Notes under the pieces: model-generated
Databases searched by the model: none
What the model was told of the DNA's origin: nothing
What the model saw: the letters and a program-made list of their open reading frames with translations, nothing else
Part shown: positions 1-10,020 of the stretch, piece by piece
Numbering within the stretch: position 1 is the first letter of the stretch
Layout of the letters: each line of letters begins with the position of its first letter
Assembly (NCBI GenBank): GCA_051453625.1
Contig: JBOZIK010000001.1
Location: forward strand, 40,644,842-40,682,254
DNA length: 37,413 nt
Direction of reading: 5' to 3'
Source of the DNA: Welwitschia mirabilis
Lineage: Eukaryota
Translations under genes and position numbers: made by a program

Positions 1-960
1 CTTTTAGAGACTTTTTCTCCTTTCCTTTTGAGTTTTTCTTCTTTCTTTTGTTAGAGCATTCTGAGGCTACATGACCAAAACCTTTACATTTAAAACACTG
101 AATAGAATTAGAAATTTGCTTACCCTTTTCATCTCCACATTTTGAAGATCTTTTGGATGGTCTTCCCTCCTTCTTACTTCTTAGAAATCCCTTGAAGTTT
201 TGAGTGAGCAAGGCTAGATTCTCATCTTTAGCTTCTTCAGATGATGAGTCCTCTTCGATTTCCTTGCTGGCTTTGAGAGCTATGGTTCGTTTTTTAGGAG
301 CTTCATCTTCTGGCAAGAGGGTGGCTTTATAGGCCATGAGTGATCCTTTTAGCTTTTCTTTTTTGATAGTATCAATGTCTTTGCTCTCTTTAATGGTTGT
401 CACTTTGGGCCTGAACTTCTTTGTTAGACTCCTCAAGATTTCATGCACTTTCCTACTTTCTGGAATCTTTTCACCGAGTCCCCACATACTGTTTGTAATG
501 TTGGTGATCTTGGTAGTGTATTCAACAACTGTCTCTGACTCCTCTATCTTGATTTCTCGAATTTGTTGGTCAGTAATTGTAGCTTGGTGTTCTTGACTAT
601 GTTTGTCCCTTCATGAGCTATCTTTAGAGTTTCTCACATTTCTTGTGTCCTAGTGCATTAGACGACATAGTCATGTTCTTCTAAAGCAAGAGCATGTATT
701 ATAGCATTCATCGGTTGAGCACTTAACCGAGCTTGCTTCTTGTCATCTGAATCCTAGTTGGCTCGAGGCTTGAGAGAAACAACCCCATTTGCATCTGTCA
801 TCGTATGGAGTTGGTATTTTTTTATGATCATCTCCCAAATATCCACATTAAGAGATGTAAGAAATATCGTCATCTTTGACTTCCAGTGCACATAGTTGTT
901 TGGAGAGAAGAGTGGAGGTCTAGAGATTGATTGGCCTTCGGTAAAGCTTGATGATGCCAT
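1..960 (-). pseudogene. gag: Degenerate Ty1/Copia (Sirevirus-type) gag; runs off the left edge of the window
   Basis: ATG at 960 gives MASSSFTEGQSISRPPLFSPNNYVHWKSKMTIFL..DIWEMI, a typical Copia gag N-terminus. A zinc knuckle QCFKCKGFGHVASEC (CX2CX4HX4C) lies at ~56-100 on the minus strand. In-frame stop at 754-756 and further lesions. Confidence 0.9.
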
Positions 961-1023
961 CCTGTAGATCTGAAACAAACACAAAAAAAAAACATAAAAA
1001 AGGAACTAATCTAAAGCAACTAG

Positions 1024-1035
1024 ACTCTGATACCA
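1024..1035 (-). promoter_or_regulatory. Primer-binding site, tRNA-iMet type
   Basis: Minus strand reads ...AACA-AT-TGGTATCAGAGT: LTR-terminal CA, 2-nt spacer, then the canonical TGGTATCAGAG, ~60 bp before the gag ATG. Confidence 0.9.
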
Positions 1036-1037
1036 AT

Positions 1038-2058
1038 TGTTAGGATCGAAATATACCCTAGAGGGGGTGAATAGAATATTAAAAAAATAATTGCAGATAA
1101 CCTTAAGATCCTTCTTAATCAGAAATCAATACTAAAACATTAGTAAAAAGAAATGCAAAATGAGGAGACACCAGAATTTATAGTGGTTCGGCAATTGGCA
1201 TACTCGACTCTTAGGAGGCATTTGAGAGGAAGATTTAATGGGAGGTGCCTTAACAATGCACAAGACATCAGCAATGAGAAGTAGAGAAAGAATATGACAA
1301 CCAATTTCGCTCAGAGTGATTCTGTTTGAACACAAGATGATACAATGTTAATATAGTAGTATTAGATCTGATCAAGTGTTTTCTATTTAAACGTTTTATT
1401 CAATATAGCTGTTGTAGTCTATCTTGAAAGAAGGAATGCATCAGAAAAGACGTTGCAGACCAACAAAGATCCCTTTTTTGCATTGGAAAAGTGTGTTGGG
1501 CAGTCAAATGGATCTGAAGTTTCATTATAACGTTCATCTGGTCAGACGTCCCACATTAGGCTGGATGTCCCACATTTTTAACGTAGGAAATACTTGGACA
1601 TCCAATGTTGAAGGTTAGACGTCCCAACTTTTTGACGTGAGAATTACTTGGACGTCCCAAACAAAAACTCCGACAGCCCACTTTGACTTTATAAAAAATA
1701 ATATGTTTGCTCATTGGATGTCCCAGACTAATTTGTCAGATGTTCCACTTTGAAGACTGTGTTCTACTTGTATCCATGGAATGGCTTGAATGTCCTAATG
1801 GGAATGGTCAGACGTCCTAACATAAATTGATTCTTGAATTTAGCATTTTGTCCCCTCATCTGATTCTACGGGCTTCCTAGTGTTCATCATTGAAACTTGC
1901 TTACCTCTGATGTCTTCGCAACACATAGAACTAAACATTTTTAATGTTATGAAATTGCCATTAAATGATGAAGGATAGAACATGTGGACAGGATAGAAAC
2001 CCTTTTTGAAAACTAGAAGCCTGTTTCCCACTCTCTCGAAAATGATGACTTAGATCTC
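1038..2058 (-). mobile_element. 5' LTR of a Sirevirus (SIRE/Maximus) Copia element; distal end falls in the gap at 2059-2068
   Basis: Ends in CA next to the PBS. C-rich subterminal motif ATTCACCCCCTCTAGGG (minus, ~1057-1073), characteristic of Sirevirus LTRs. Degenerate TATA TTTAAATAG (minus, ~1383-1391). Cluster of GACGTC-core repeats at 1541-1822 in the U3 position. Confidence 0.8.
1541..1822. repeat. About 9 short repeats with palindromic core (consensus roughly TTGGACGTCCCA) in the Sirevirus LTR
   Basis: gtcagacgtcccaca (1541), ctggatgtcccaca (1561), ttggacatccaa (~1594), ttagacgtcccaa (~1615), ttggacgtcccaa (~1648), ttggatgtcccaga (~1714), gtcagatgttcca (~1735), ttgaatgtcctaa (~1786), gtcagacgtcctaa (~1807). 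Confidence 0.8.
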
Positions 2059-2068
2059 NNNNNNNNNN

Positions 2069-5000
2069 CCTTGAACTTAAGCCCTTCCCCAATGATCTGA
2101 AATATGTTTTCTTAGGAGATAATGCTACCTTTCCAGTAGGCATAAATTCTTCCTTAATCCTGTAGCAAGAAGCTCAATTGATTAAACTCTTAAGAAAGAA
2201 TAAGCAAGCAATAGGATGGACCCTCTTAGATATTAGGGGCATTGATCCCAGTATTTGCATGCACCATATTTACTTAGAAGATAATATCAAGCCATCGAGA
2301 GAAGCCTAAAGACGAATAAACCCAACCTTAAAAGAAGTTGTTAAACATGAGGTGATCAAACTTCTCGATTAACAGATTTATCTATCGTATTCAGATTGCA
2401 AATGGGTCAATTCAACTCATACTATGGCTCAGAAAGCAGGAATTACCTTTGTCTCAAACGAGCACAATGAACTTGTCCCTACTAGACCCACAGTAAAATG
2501 GAGGATGTGTATTGACTACAGAAAATTAAATGTTGTCTCAAGAAAGGATCACTTCTCTTTACCTTTCTTCAATCAGATCCTAGAGCAGCTTGTAGGGCAT
2601 CCATTTTACTATTTTTTAGATGGGTACTTGGGTTATAATCAAATTGAAATTGCCCTTGAGGACCAAGACAAAACTACCTTTACCTGCCCTTATGGAACGT
2701 TCACCTACAAACGAATGCCCTTTGGATTATTTAAAGCGCTTGCCACTTTCCAACATTGCACAATCAGAATTTTCTTTGATTTATTGGATTCAGGTGTCGA
2801 AATATTTATCGATGAGATCCCTGCTTGCTAGTATTGTTGCTACACAATAGAAGCCTGCTCATGCTACTCCGTCGATGTTTTGCTCGGCTGTTGAGACCGC
2901 TCCGAGCATTGATGAGATGGTGCTCTTAGTGTACTATACATGCGTAAAGTACGACACCCCAATTGTGCGTGACTACAAGAACCCACGAGAAAGGGAGGGG
3001 CTGCGTAATTCAGTATCAGGGTGGTGCATTCGGGTGAAAGGGAAACACATAACGATCTGAAGTTGGTGGGGTAGGTCTATGGAACTTCTTTTAACCACTG
3101 TTTCCACAACTTAGAACGTGTCCTTGAGTGATGTATCGAAAACCACCTTATGGTTAATTAAGGCATAGTTTTAGGACATGTCATTTCTGAGGAAGGAATC
3201 CAGGTAGATCCTGCAAAAGTTTCTCTAATCATACACCTGCCAAGTCCTCAAAAACAAAAAGACATTAGATCTTTCTTAAGACATGTAGGATACTATAAAA
3301 GATTTATTAAGGATTTCAGTAAAATCTCTTAAGCCATTGTGTGATCTTTTGAGCAAAGACGCCACTTTCAACTGGACCCCTAAATCTCAACAAGCCTTCA
3401 AAAAACTCAAAGAAAAACTGACTTCCACCCCAATCATTCAACCACCCGACTAGAAGTTACCTTTTCAGCTTATGTGTGATGCTAGTGATTACGCGGTTGG
3501 AGCCGTTTTAGGACAAAGGATAGATAAAAAAACAACTATGATTTAATATGCCAGTAAAAGTTTGAATGGGACTCAGTTAAACTACACTATTACGAAGAAA
3601 GACATACTGGCTATATTCTTTCCCCTGGAGAAATTTAGGTAATACCTTTTAGGATCTAAGGTGATTATCTTATTGATCATTTGGCCCTTAGATATCTTTT
3701 TGCTGAAAAGGATTCAAAACCGAGACTGATTAGCTAGATCCTCCTTCTGCAGGAATTTGGCTTGGAGATTAAAAATAAAAAGGGTTTTGATAACGTAGTT
3801 GTAGATTATCTTTCATGATTAACTCAAGAGAATCTGCAATGTCCCTTTCCATTAATGACACATTGCTAGATGAACATCTCTTTTTAGTTTAGGAAACACC
3901 ATGGTTTGCAGATATTGCCAACTACCTAGTCTCCAAAAGCATTCCTTCTCATTGAACTCCTAATGATAAAAAGAGATTCCTAAGCTAGGTTAAATATATC
4001 TTTGGGGTAGCTCTTATCTTTTCAAATATTGTCCAAACCAAGTCATTCACAAATATGTCCCCCAAACTGAAATCCATGACATTCTTAAGCATTGCCGTTT
4101 TGAGTCTTGTGGGTGCCGTTACTCAGCCAATAAAACCACTACAAAAGTTCTTTATTTTGGTTTCTTTTGGTCTTTTATTTTCAAAGACTCGTACCTTCAT
4201 TGTAAACCTTGTGACACTTGCCAAAAATTTGGAAGTCTTTTACGAATTCAAATGATGCCCCTAAACCCCATTCTTGCGATCGAACCCTTCGACATTTTGG
4301 GAATCAATTTTTAAGTCCCTTATCCACCTTCAAACGGGCATCAGTACATTCTGGTCTGTGTAGACTATCTAACACAATGAGTTGAGGCTTGTGCTTGTCA
4401 ATCAAACGATGCTTAAATGGTGATAAAATTCTTTAAGGAAAATATCTTAATGCGATTTAGCTGTCCACGAGTTTTAATTAGTGATGGAGGAACACATTTC
4501 TGTAACAAAATATTCAACAATCTTCTCGCTAAATATGGGGTTACTGACAAAGTAGCAACACCTTACCACCCCCAACTAATGGCCAGGTTGAGGTTACAAA
4601 TAGGGAGATTAAGAAAATTCTGCAAAAGATTGTAAATTTAACACGAAAAGACTGGTCTTTTAAGCTTNNNNNNNNNNNNNNNNNNNNNNNNNNNNNNNNN
4701 NNNNNNNNNNNNNNNNNNNNNNNNNNNNNNNNNNNNNNNNNNNNNNNNNNNNNNNNNNNNNNNNNNNTAACACGAAAAGACTGGTCTTTTAAGCTTAACG
4801 ATGTTTTATGGGCCTATTGCATTGCTTGCAAAACTCCCTTAGGAATATCACCGTTCAGACTAGTTTATGGAAAAGCTTGTCATGTACCCATAGAGCTTAA
4901 ACCCAAAGCATATTGGGCGATCAAAAACATGAACTTAGGTTTGGAGGCTGCACAGAAAAATAGGGTCATACAACTCACTAAATTGGATGAAATCAGGAAT

Positions 5001-5312
5001 GATGCCTATAAAAACATGAGGATAAACAAAGAGAGGATGAAGAAGTTCCACGGTCAATACATCCTTATGAAAACTTTCAAGGAGGGAGAGATAGTTTTGC
5101 TTTATAACCCACGCTTACATCTTTTCCCAAGTAAATTAGTCGCTAAGTGGAAAGGACCATTTTTAATAAAGAAGGTTTTACCTCATGGAGTATTTCTCAT
5201 AGAAATCCCCAACAACCATCAACTATTCAAAGTTAATGGACGCTGCCTAAAGCACTACCATCCACTTATTCCAATATCTTATGAATTTATGAAGCTTACC
5301 GATCCAGGTTAA
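2069..5312 (+). pseudogene. pol: Degenerate Ty3/Gypsy Athila-type pol (RT, RNase H, integrase)
   Basis: LELKPFPNDLKYVFLG; WRMCIDYRKLN; FLDGYLGYNQI; DQDKTTFTCPYGTFTYKRMPFGL; VEIFID[insert]VYGTSF; RNase H LMCDASDYAVGAVLGQR (~3470-3520); integrase [32 protein letters not shown]-terminal VLLYNPRLHLFPSKLVAKWKGPF and FKVNGRCLKHY. Many stops and frameshifts. Confidence 0.95.
2816..3074. other. ~260-bp foreign insertion splitting the RT catalytic motif
   Basis: RT frame reads GTC GAA ATA TTT ATC GAT GA and resumes at 3075 as GTC TAT GGA ACT TCT TTT AAC CAC TGT (VEIFID..VYGTSFNHC; family consensus EVFMDDFSVYG). The intervening sequence is GC-richer, with about a dozen CpG. Confidence 0.85.
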
Positions 5313-5670
5313 TGGCCCTTGATCAAATATCAATAATAAGTGATCTTGGTATTACTTAGGTAATAGTTGAGATTGAGTATTCTTATAGGTTTTTAAGTAA
5401 GAGTAATGCTTATTTCAAGTGTGATGATTAAAAGCACATTTGCTTAAGGTTTCTAGTTTCAGAAAAGCTTGGTTGAAAAAGTGGGATTTGCCCTCATATG
5501 TGTTCTTAAGTCCAAAGCCTTTGATGGGGACAAGATTTGTCTTGATTAGGCTAATGAGCCAATGACTCCCGAAATGTGCATAAAAAATGATTATGGGAAG
5601 ATGAGCAAAAGAAAATAATATATCTCTTCTCTAAACAAACATAACGTTAATCACTTAATTGGGTTTAGTT

Positions 5671-5779
5671 AACTACATCAGGGTTATGGACGCCTGCTGA
5701 CAATGTAGCTCTAACAATCAAATTACAACGTATTCAACTGCATCTGGCCTATAAACGCTCGCTGGCAATGTAGCACTGA
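5671..5779. repeat. Two tandem copies (period 65 bp) of a 44-bp hairpin-forming unit
   Basis: 5671-5714 and 5736-5779 align ungapped at 33/44. Both are closed by CTRCAT...ATGTAG arms. Confidence 0.75.
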
Positions 5780-6569
5780 TTTCTGCATAAAACAACATTC
5801 TTAACTCTGTTGGTAAAGAATGTAGAGATGGAAAATAAAGGAATGATAAAGGTGGGAATCGACGGCTTTATGTGAACTAATGTCTCTTAACTTTTATACT
5901 TAGAATTTGCTGCGATTTCTAAAATTCGTATAAGTTAGTTAAAACTTCACGTGGGTGATATCACAATCAACTAAAAATACAAAAATATAATAAATGNNNN
6001 NNNNNNNNNNNNNNNNNNNNNNNNNNNNNNNNNNNNNNNNNNNNNNNNNNNNNNNNNNNNNNNNNNNNNNNNNNNNNNNNNNNNNNNNNNNNNNNNNNNN
6101 NNNNNNNNNNNNNNNNNNNNNNNNNNNNNNNNNNNNNNNNNNNNNNNNNNNNNNNNNNNNNNNNNNNNNNNNNNNNNNNNNNNNNNNNNNNNNNNNNNNN
6201 NNNNNNNNNNNNNNNNNNNNNNNNNNNNNNNNNNNNNNNNNNNNNNNNNNNNNNNNNNNNNNNNNNNNNNNNNNNNNNNNNNNNNNNNNNNNNNNNNNNN
6301 NNNNNNNNNNNNNNNNNNNNNNNNNNNNNNNNNNNNNNNNNNNNNNNNNNNNNNNNNNNNNNNNNNNNNNNNNNNNNNNNNNNNNNNNNNNNNNNNNNNN
6401 NNNNNNNNNNNNNNNNNNNNNNNNNNNNNNNNNNNNNNNNNNNNNNNNNNNNNNNNNNNNNNNNNNNNNNNNNNNNNNNNNNNNNNNNNNNNNNNNNNNN
6501 NNNNNNNNNNNNNNNNNNNNNNNNNNNNNNNNNNNNNNNNNNNNNNNNNNNNNNNNNNNNNNNNNNNNN

Positions 6570-7507
6570 TGTAAATGAAGACATTAATTTAATTATTTTA
6601 ATCATAAAATATGTCTTCTATTATTTTTAAAATAAAATTTAATATTATACTTTTCTCTATGATAATTACAAATATTTAGCCACATTTTGGAACACATGGA
6701 AAACATGGACACAATTTCGCACAAAACAATGGTGGCAATGGGGACATGCGGTAATGACAAATAATAGTAGCATTGGAAGATATGTGGCAGAGGCATGGGG
6801 AGGTGGCATTGGAGACATGAGGCGATAGCACCAGTTGGTAGAGGAATCCGATTCCAAAGAACAAGTGTTGAAATCATTATGATGAAGATTCCACCTAGCG
6901 CTATATGACAACCTTCACCAAATGCTGCAAGACAAAATCTTATTTATCTAATGCTAAATGACGAAGATTCTACATAATGCTACAAGCTAAGAGCTTGTAA
7001 CCACCCTTTACCCCCATCTCTGTCTATAAAAGGGCCTTGAACCCTTTATTGTATCATCTTTTGCTTGGGAGAATTGTAGAACCTTGGAGCGTCAATCGTG
7101 ATGGCTTTCTAAGCAACTCTTCGAGGGGGTGAGCTAATCTTCGAGGATTGTTGAGGAGTTTTTCTGACATCTCTCTTCATTTGTTATAAAGTTGTTCCTT
7201 TTTTTGTAATACAAAAGTTGTTACTTTTGATTTCAATTCATAAGTCACATTATAATTGGAATGCTTAGGTAAGAATTTATCCATTAAGCTTCTTTCTATT
7301 TAAATGAACTCTTTTAGCATTTGGTTTGAGTCCTTTATATATTTTAAGTACTTAGAGTCCTTACCTTCTATTATTGTTTAAGGCTTTAAGGATCAAGTGG
7401 CAATTAAGTTCACTATTACTCATATGGTGAATGAGATAATGTCACCATGATTTGGGCCAAAAATACTTGATGGTTTTACGTGTGTTGCACGAAGGTGTTG
7501 CACAACA
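6570..7507 (+). mobile_element. Athila-type LTR (probably a 3' LTR); start hidden in the gap at 5997-6569
   Basis: AT-rich U3, short TGGCATTGGAGACATG-like repeats (6730-6820), TATA tctataaaagg (~7023), gtgagctaa (~7129), terminus ...tgttgcacaaCA at 7507 with no PBS following. Tat gag sequence starts directly after. Confidence 0.6.
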
Positions 7508-10000
7508 TTGGAGTGAAGGATTGCTCAAGAATGAATTGGTGATACCTTGGAGGTAGTTTGCTCTCCTTCTCTCTAAAGTCGAAGTTTGAACTTGAATGCT
7601 AAAATCACCTCTTTCTCCTCTCTCGTTTTCTTAAATTTTGTGACTTGCATTAAGTTAGTGCAATTTTGAACCACTACCATATTATCCTTGAGGAAGAATG
7701 ATAACTAAGTGCAAACCTAGTTTTAAATCTGGACATTGTAAAACAACAAACAATGCCCTTGCGTACTTTCAACAAAAATTAACCAAGGGTCTTTAGTGGC
7801 TTAGTTTATAGGAATTTTTTAGAGAAACAATTTGTATAGCTATCTCTCATTTATTATTGGGTATTGTGGGAGATTGTGATACCAGTTTAAGGCATATCCA
7901 ATGAAAGAGTGGTAAAAAGATCTGATTGTGGCAACCTGATTATCCACAAACATGACACAAATAGTGCAATAAGCTTGGACATGGACTATAGGGCTAGTTT
8001 CCCCATTGAATTTCTTGAAAAACGGGACATCAATATGTAATTTTAGATGCAACAAAGGTATGCTTGGGTGAATAGGATCTCTGGTTAACAAGTCAACATC
8101 CTTGGATAGGAGGTCTGACTACTCAAAGGGGAGTGCTTGAACTTCTCATTGTAATTATTGTATAACACCTAGAAGATTAAGGTCTACCTGAAGTTGAGCC
8201 ATTTGAGTTACTCTTGTGAGGTTATGGACAGCCAAGTTATATGTAGTGTTGACTAGAGGATAAGGTTGATACTTTGGGTGATGGTTCCAGTGTTGCCTTC
8301 GATGGTGCCTAGGCAGATGTCTACCTTCAGAGCCTTGACTACTATCTGAGTTGTAAGATGTTAAGGGAGATGAGGTTGGTGTCCTAGGTTGCCTTCGGCT
8401 TCAATGGGCATGGTCGCAACCCTTAGAATTTAAGTGGGTGTGTTGTCGTTGTTGAGGAGGTGCATTAACTTGCACTGGCCCTTGGTCTTGGGTTTCCTGT
8501 TCATCATGAGGGGGCAAGACCTCCTTTGTGTTAAGGTTGGCATTGTGGTAAAGTCTATTGTTTTGTTGCCTAAGATTCCTGACACGATCCTGATTAAAGT
8601 TGTCACTGGGTGATCTAGTTTGGGGTTAACATTTTTGGGTTGAGGCTTCTGTTCCGAGAAGGGTGTATTTGGGCCTGGGGGCCCTATAGTGTCAGTTTTC
8701 CTATGTTGATAGATTTTTAGAGGAGTTTGATTTTTGCTTAAGGCGGGGAATTACCTAGAGGTCCTGGCACCATTGCAAGGGCGTTTGCCTTCTATGTGTG
8801 TGAGGGAATTGAGAGTTTCTAGGGGGAACATGGACAGTCTTTCATATAGGCTTTGGCTTAAAGCACATGTTAGGTTGTTGTAGAGATATTGCGCAAGTCC
8901 TGTGGTTTGATTAATACGATCCATTTCATCACATAGATTTTTGACATCTTCATCATAGGTTACATTGGAGTCTTTGTTAATTTGGTATAGGGTAGGTTTA
9001 TTATATTATTGTTTTGGTAGGCATTTGATCATCAGATTAGGTAGACTAGCCTTTCTATAGGTTGGTGGTGAATGGTTAATCATAGGGATCATATGGATTG
9101 AGACCGTTATCTATTTCATAATACACCATTTGTTCCTATGTTGCATCACTTAGATTTATCCTTCTATGAAGTTCTAGATAAAGATGTAGGTACTTTTGGG
9201 TGTCGATTGGGGTAACAGTGTGATGGATTGGACTAGGGTAGATAGTAGGTGGGGCAACCATGGCAGATAGCCTTAGCATGACAAGTGGGGTTTGATTTGG
9301 ATTGGTTTTCCAATGGGAGATATCAAATTTAGAATAGCCTTAAGGAATGTAGGCTCAAAGGGTTATCAAGCCTGAAGACATAACAAGTCCAAAGCAAAGT
9401 TCAAAGAATTAAGGCTTAGGAGATATCGAGCCAAAACAGAATTGAGGTCTGAAGAGAATTCAAGCCCCAAAGAATTCAGGCCTAAGAGGTCTTAAACCCA
9501 GGGATATGACACCTAGAGTTGGAGTTATAGGATATGACACCCACGAAGATGTCTAGAGATATGATGACTATAGGCTGAAGTGAGAGATATGATATGCAAG
9601 ATATGCAATCAAGAAATATGATGCCCATAGATAGAGGTGAGAGATATGACACACAGGGTATGTTATCAAAAGATATGATGCTCATACGCAAAAGTAAGGG
9701 ATATGACACCCAAGATATGGCGTTAAGAGATATGACACCTATAGGTAGAAGTGGGAGATATAATGTTAGGAAACCAAATATAGAAGTTTGTGAGGCTTGG
9801 AGATAATAAGCCCAAAGATATCAAGCCAAAGATAGAAGCTAGGAATTCAGACCCAAGTTGTAATGCAGGGTATTAGGCCTGAGAAATGGTAGTAGAGTAA
9901 AATGTACAGGGCATGTACTCTATGTGTTCTTTAATGAAATGATAGCAAAATGACTACACAAAGTATAATGAAAAGCTGTAATAACTAAGAAACAAAGGTG
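7508..10000 (-). mobile_element. Internal region (5' leader and truncated gag) of a Tat/Ogre-type Gypsy element
   Basis: 7840-8091: VPFFKKFNGETSPIVHVQAYC..SFIGYALNWYHNLP, the retrotransposon gag core. Gag-like frame fragments continue to ~7510. The long leader carries tandem arrays. PBS and LTR lie at 10001-11127. Confidence 0.7.
9500..9765. repeat. 57-bp tandem array (about 4 copies), each unit a dimer of ~28-bp GATATGAC-headed subunits
   Basis: gagatatga-type unit starts at ~9584, 9641, 9698, 9755. The + frame translates as a 19-aa repeat (..MMPIDRGERYD / ..MMLIRKSKGYD / ..MTPIGRSGRYN). Confidence 0.85.
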
Positions 10001-10016
10001 CCTTTTTCTAGCACCA
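10001..10016 (-). promoter_or_regulatory. Degenerate PBS, tRNA-Asn type
   Basis: Minus strand TGGTGCTAGAAAAAGG vs TGGCGCTAGAAGGAGG (complement of the plant tRNA-Asn 3' end, recalled from memory): 13/16, all differences transitions. It lies 4 nt from the LTR end ...TTTTTCTCCCCTCATA. Confidence 0.6.
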
Positions 10017-10020
10017 GATC

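Noticed and set aside
336..596. 86-aa membrane-protein-like ORF on + strand
   Set aside because: Antisense shadow of the Copia gag.
2904..2930. TGATGAG as a hammerhead ribozyme (retrozyme) core
   Set aside because: It is preceded by T rather than C, and the stem is followed by TTAG rather than the required GAAA. No core found on the other strand.
5671..5830. CRISPR-like repeat-spacer appearance at period ~65
   Set aside because: Only two diverged copies, similarity extends into the would-be spacers, no cas genes, eukaryotic context.
5640..5865. Plant telomerase RNA or Pol III gene (CTAAACCC on minus at ~5661-5668, USE-like TCCCAC at ~5852-5857)
   Set aside because: No TATA at the required spacing from the USE-like motif, and the template-like match is short and far from the implied start.
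5313..6570. env-like ORF downstream of Athila pol
   Set aside because: No ORF or transmembrane-coding remnant is visible in the sequenced part; the gap cannot be assessed.
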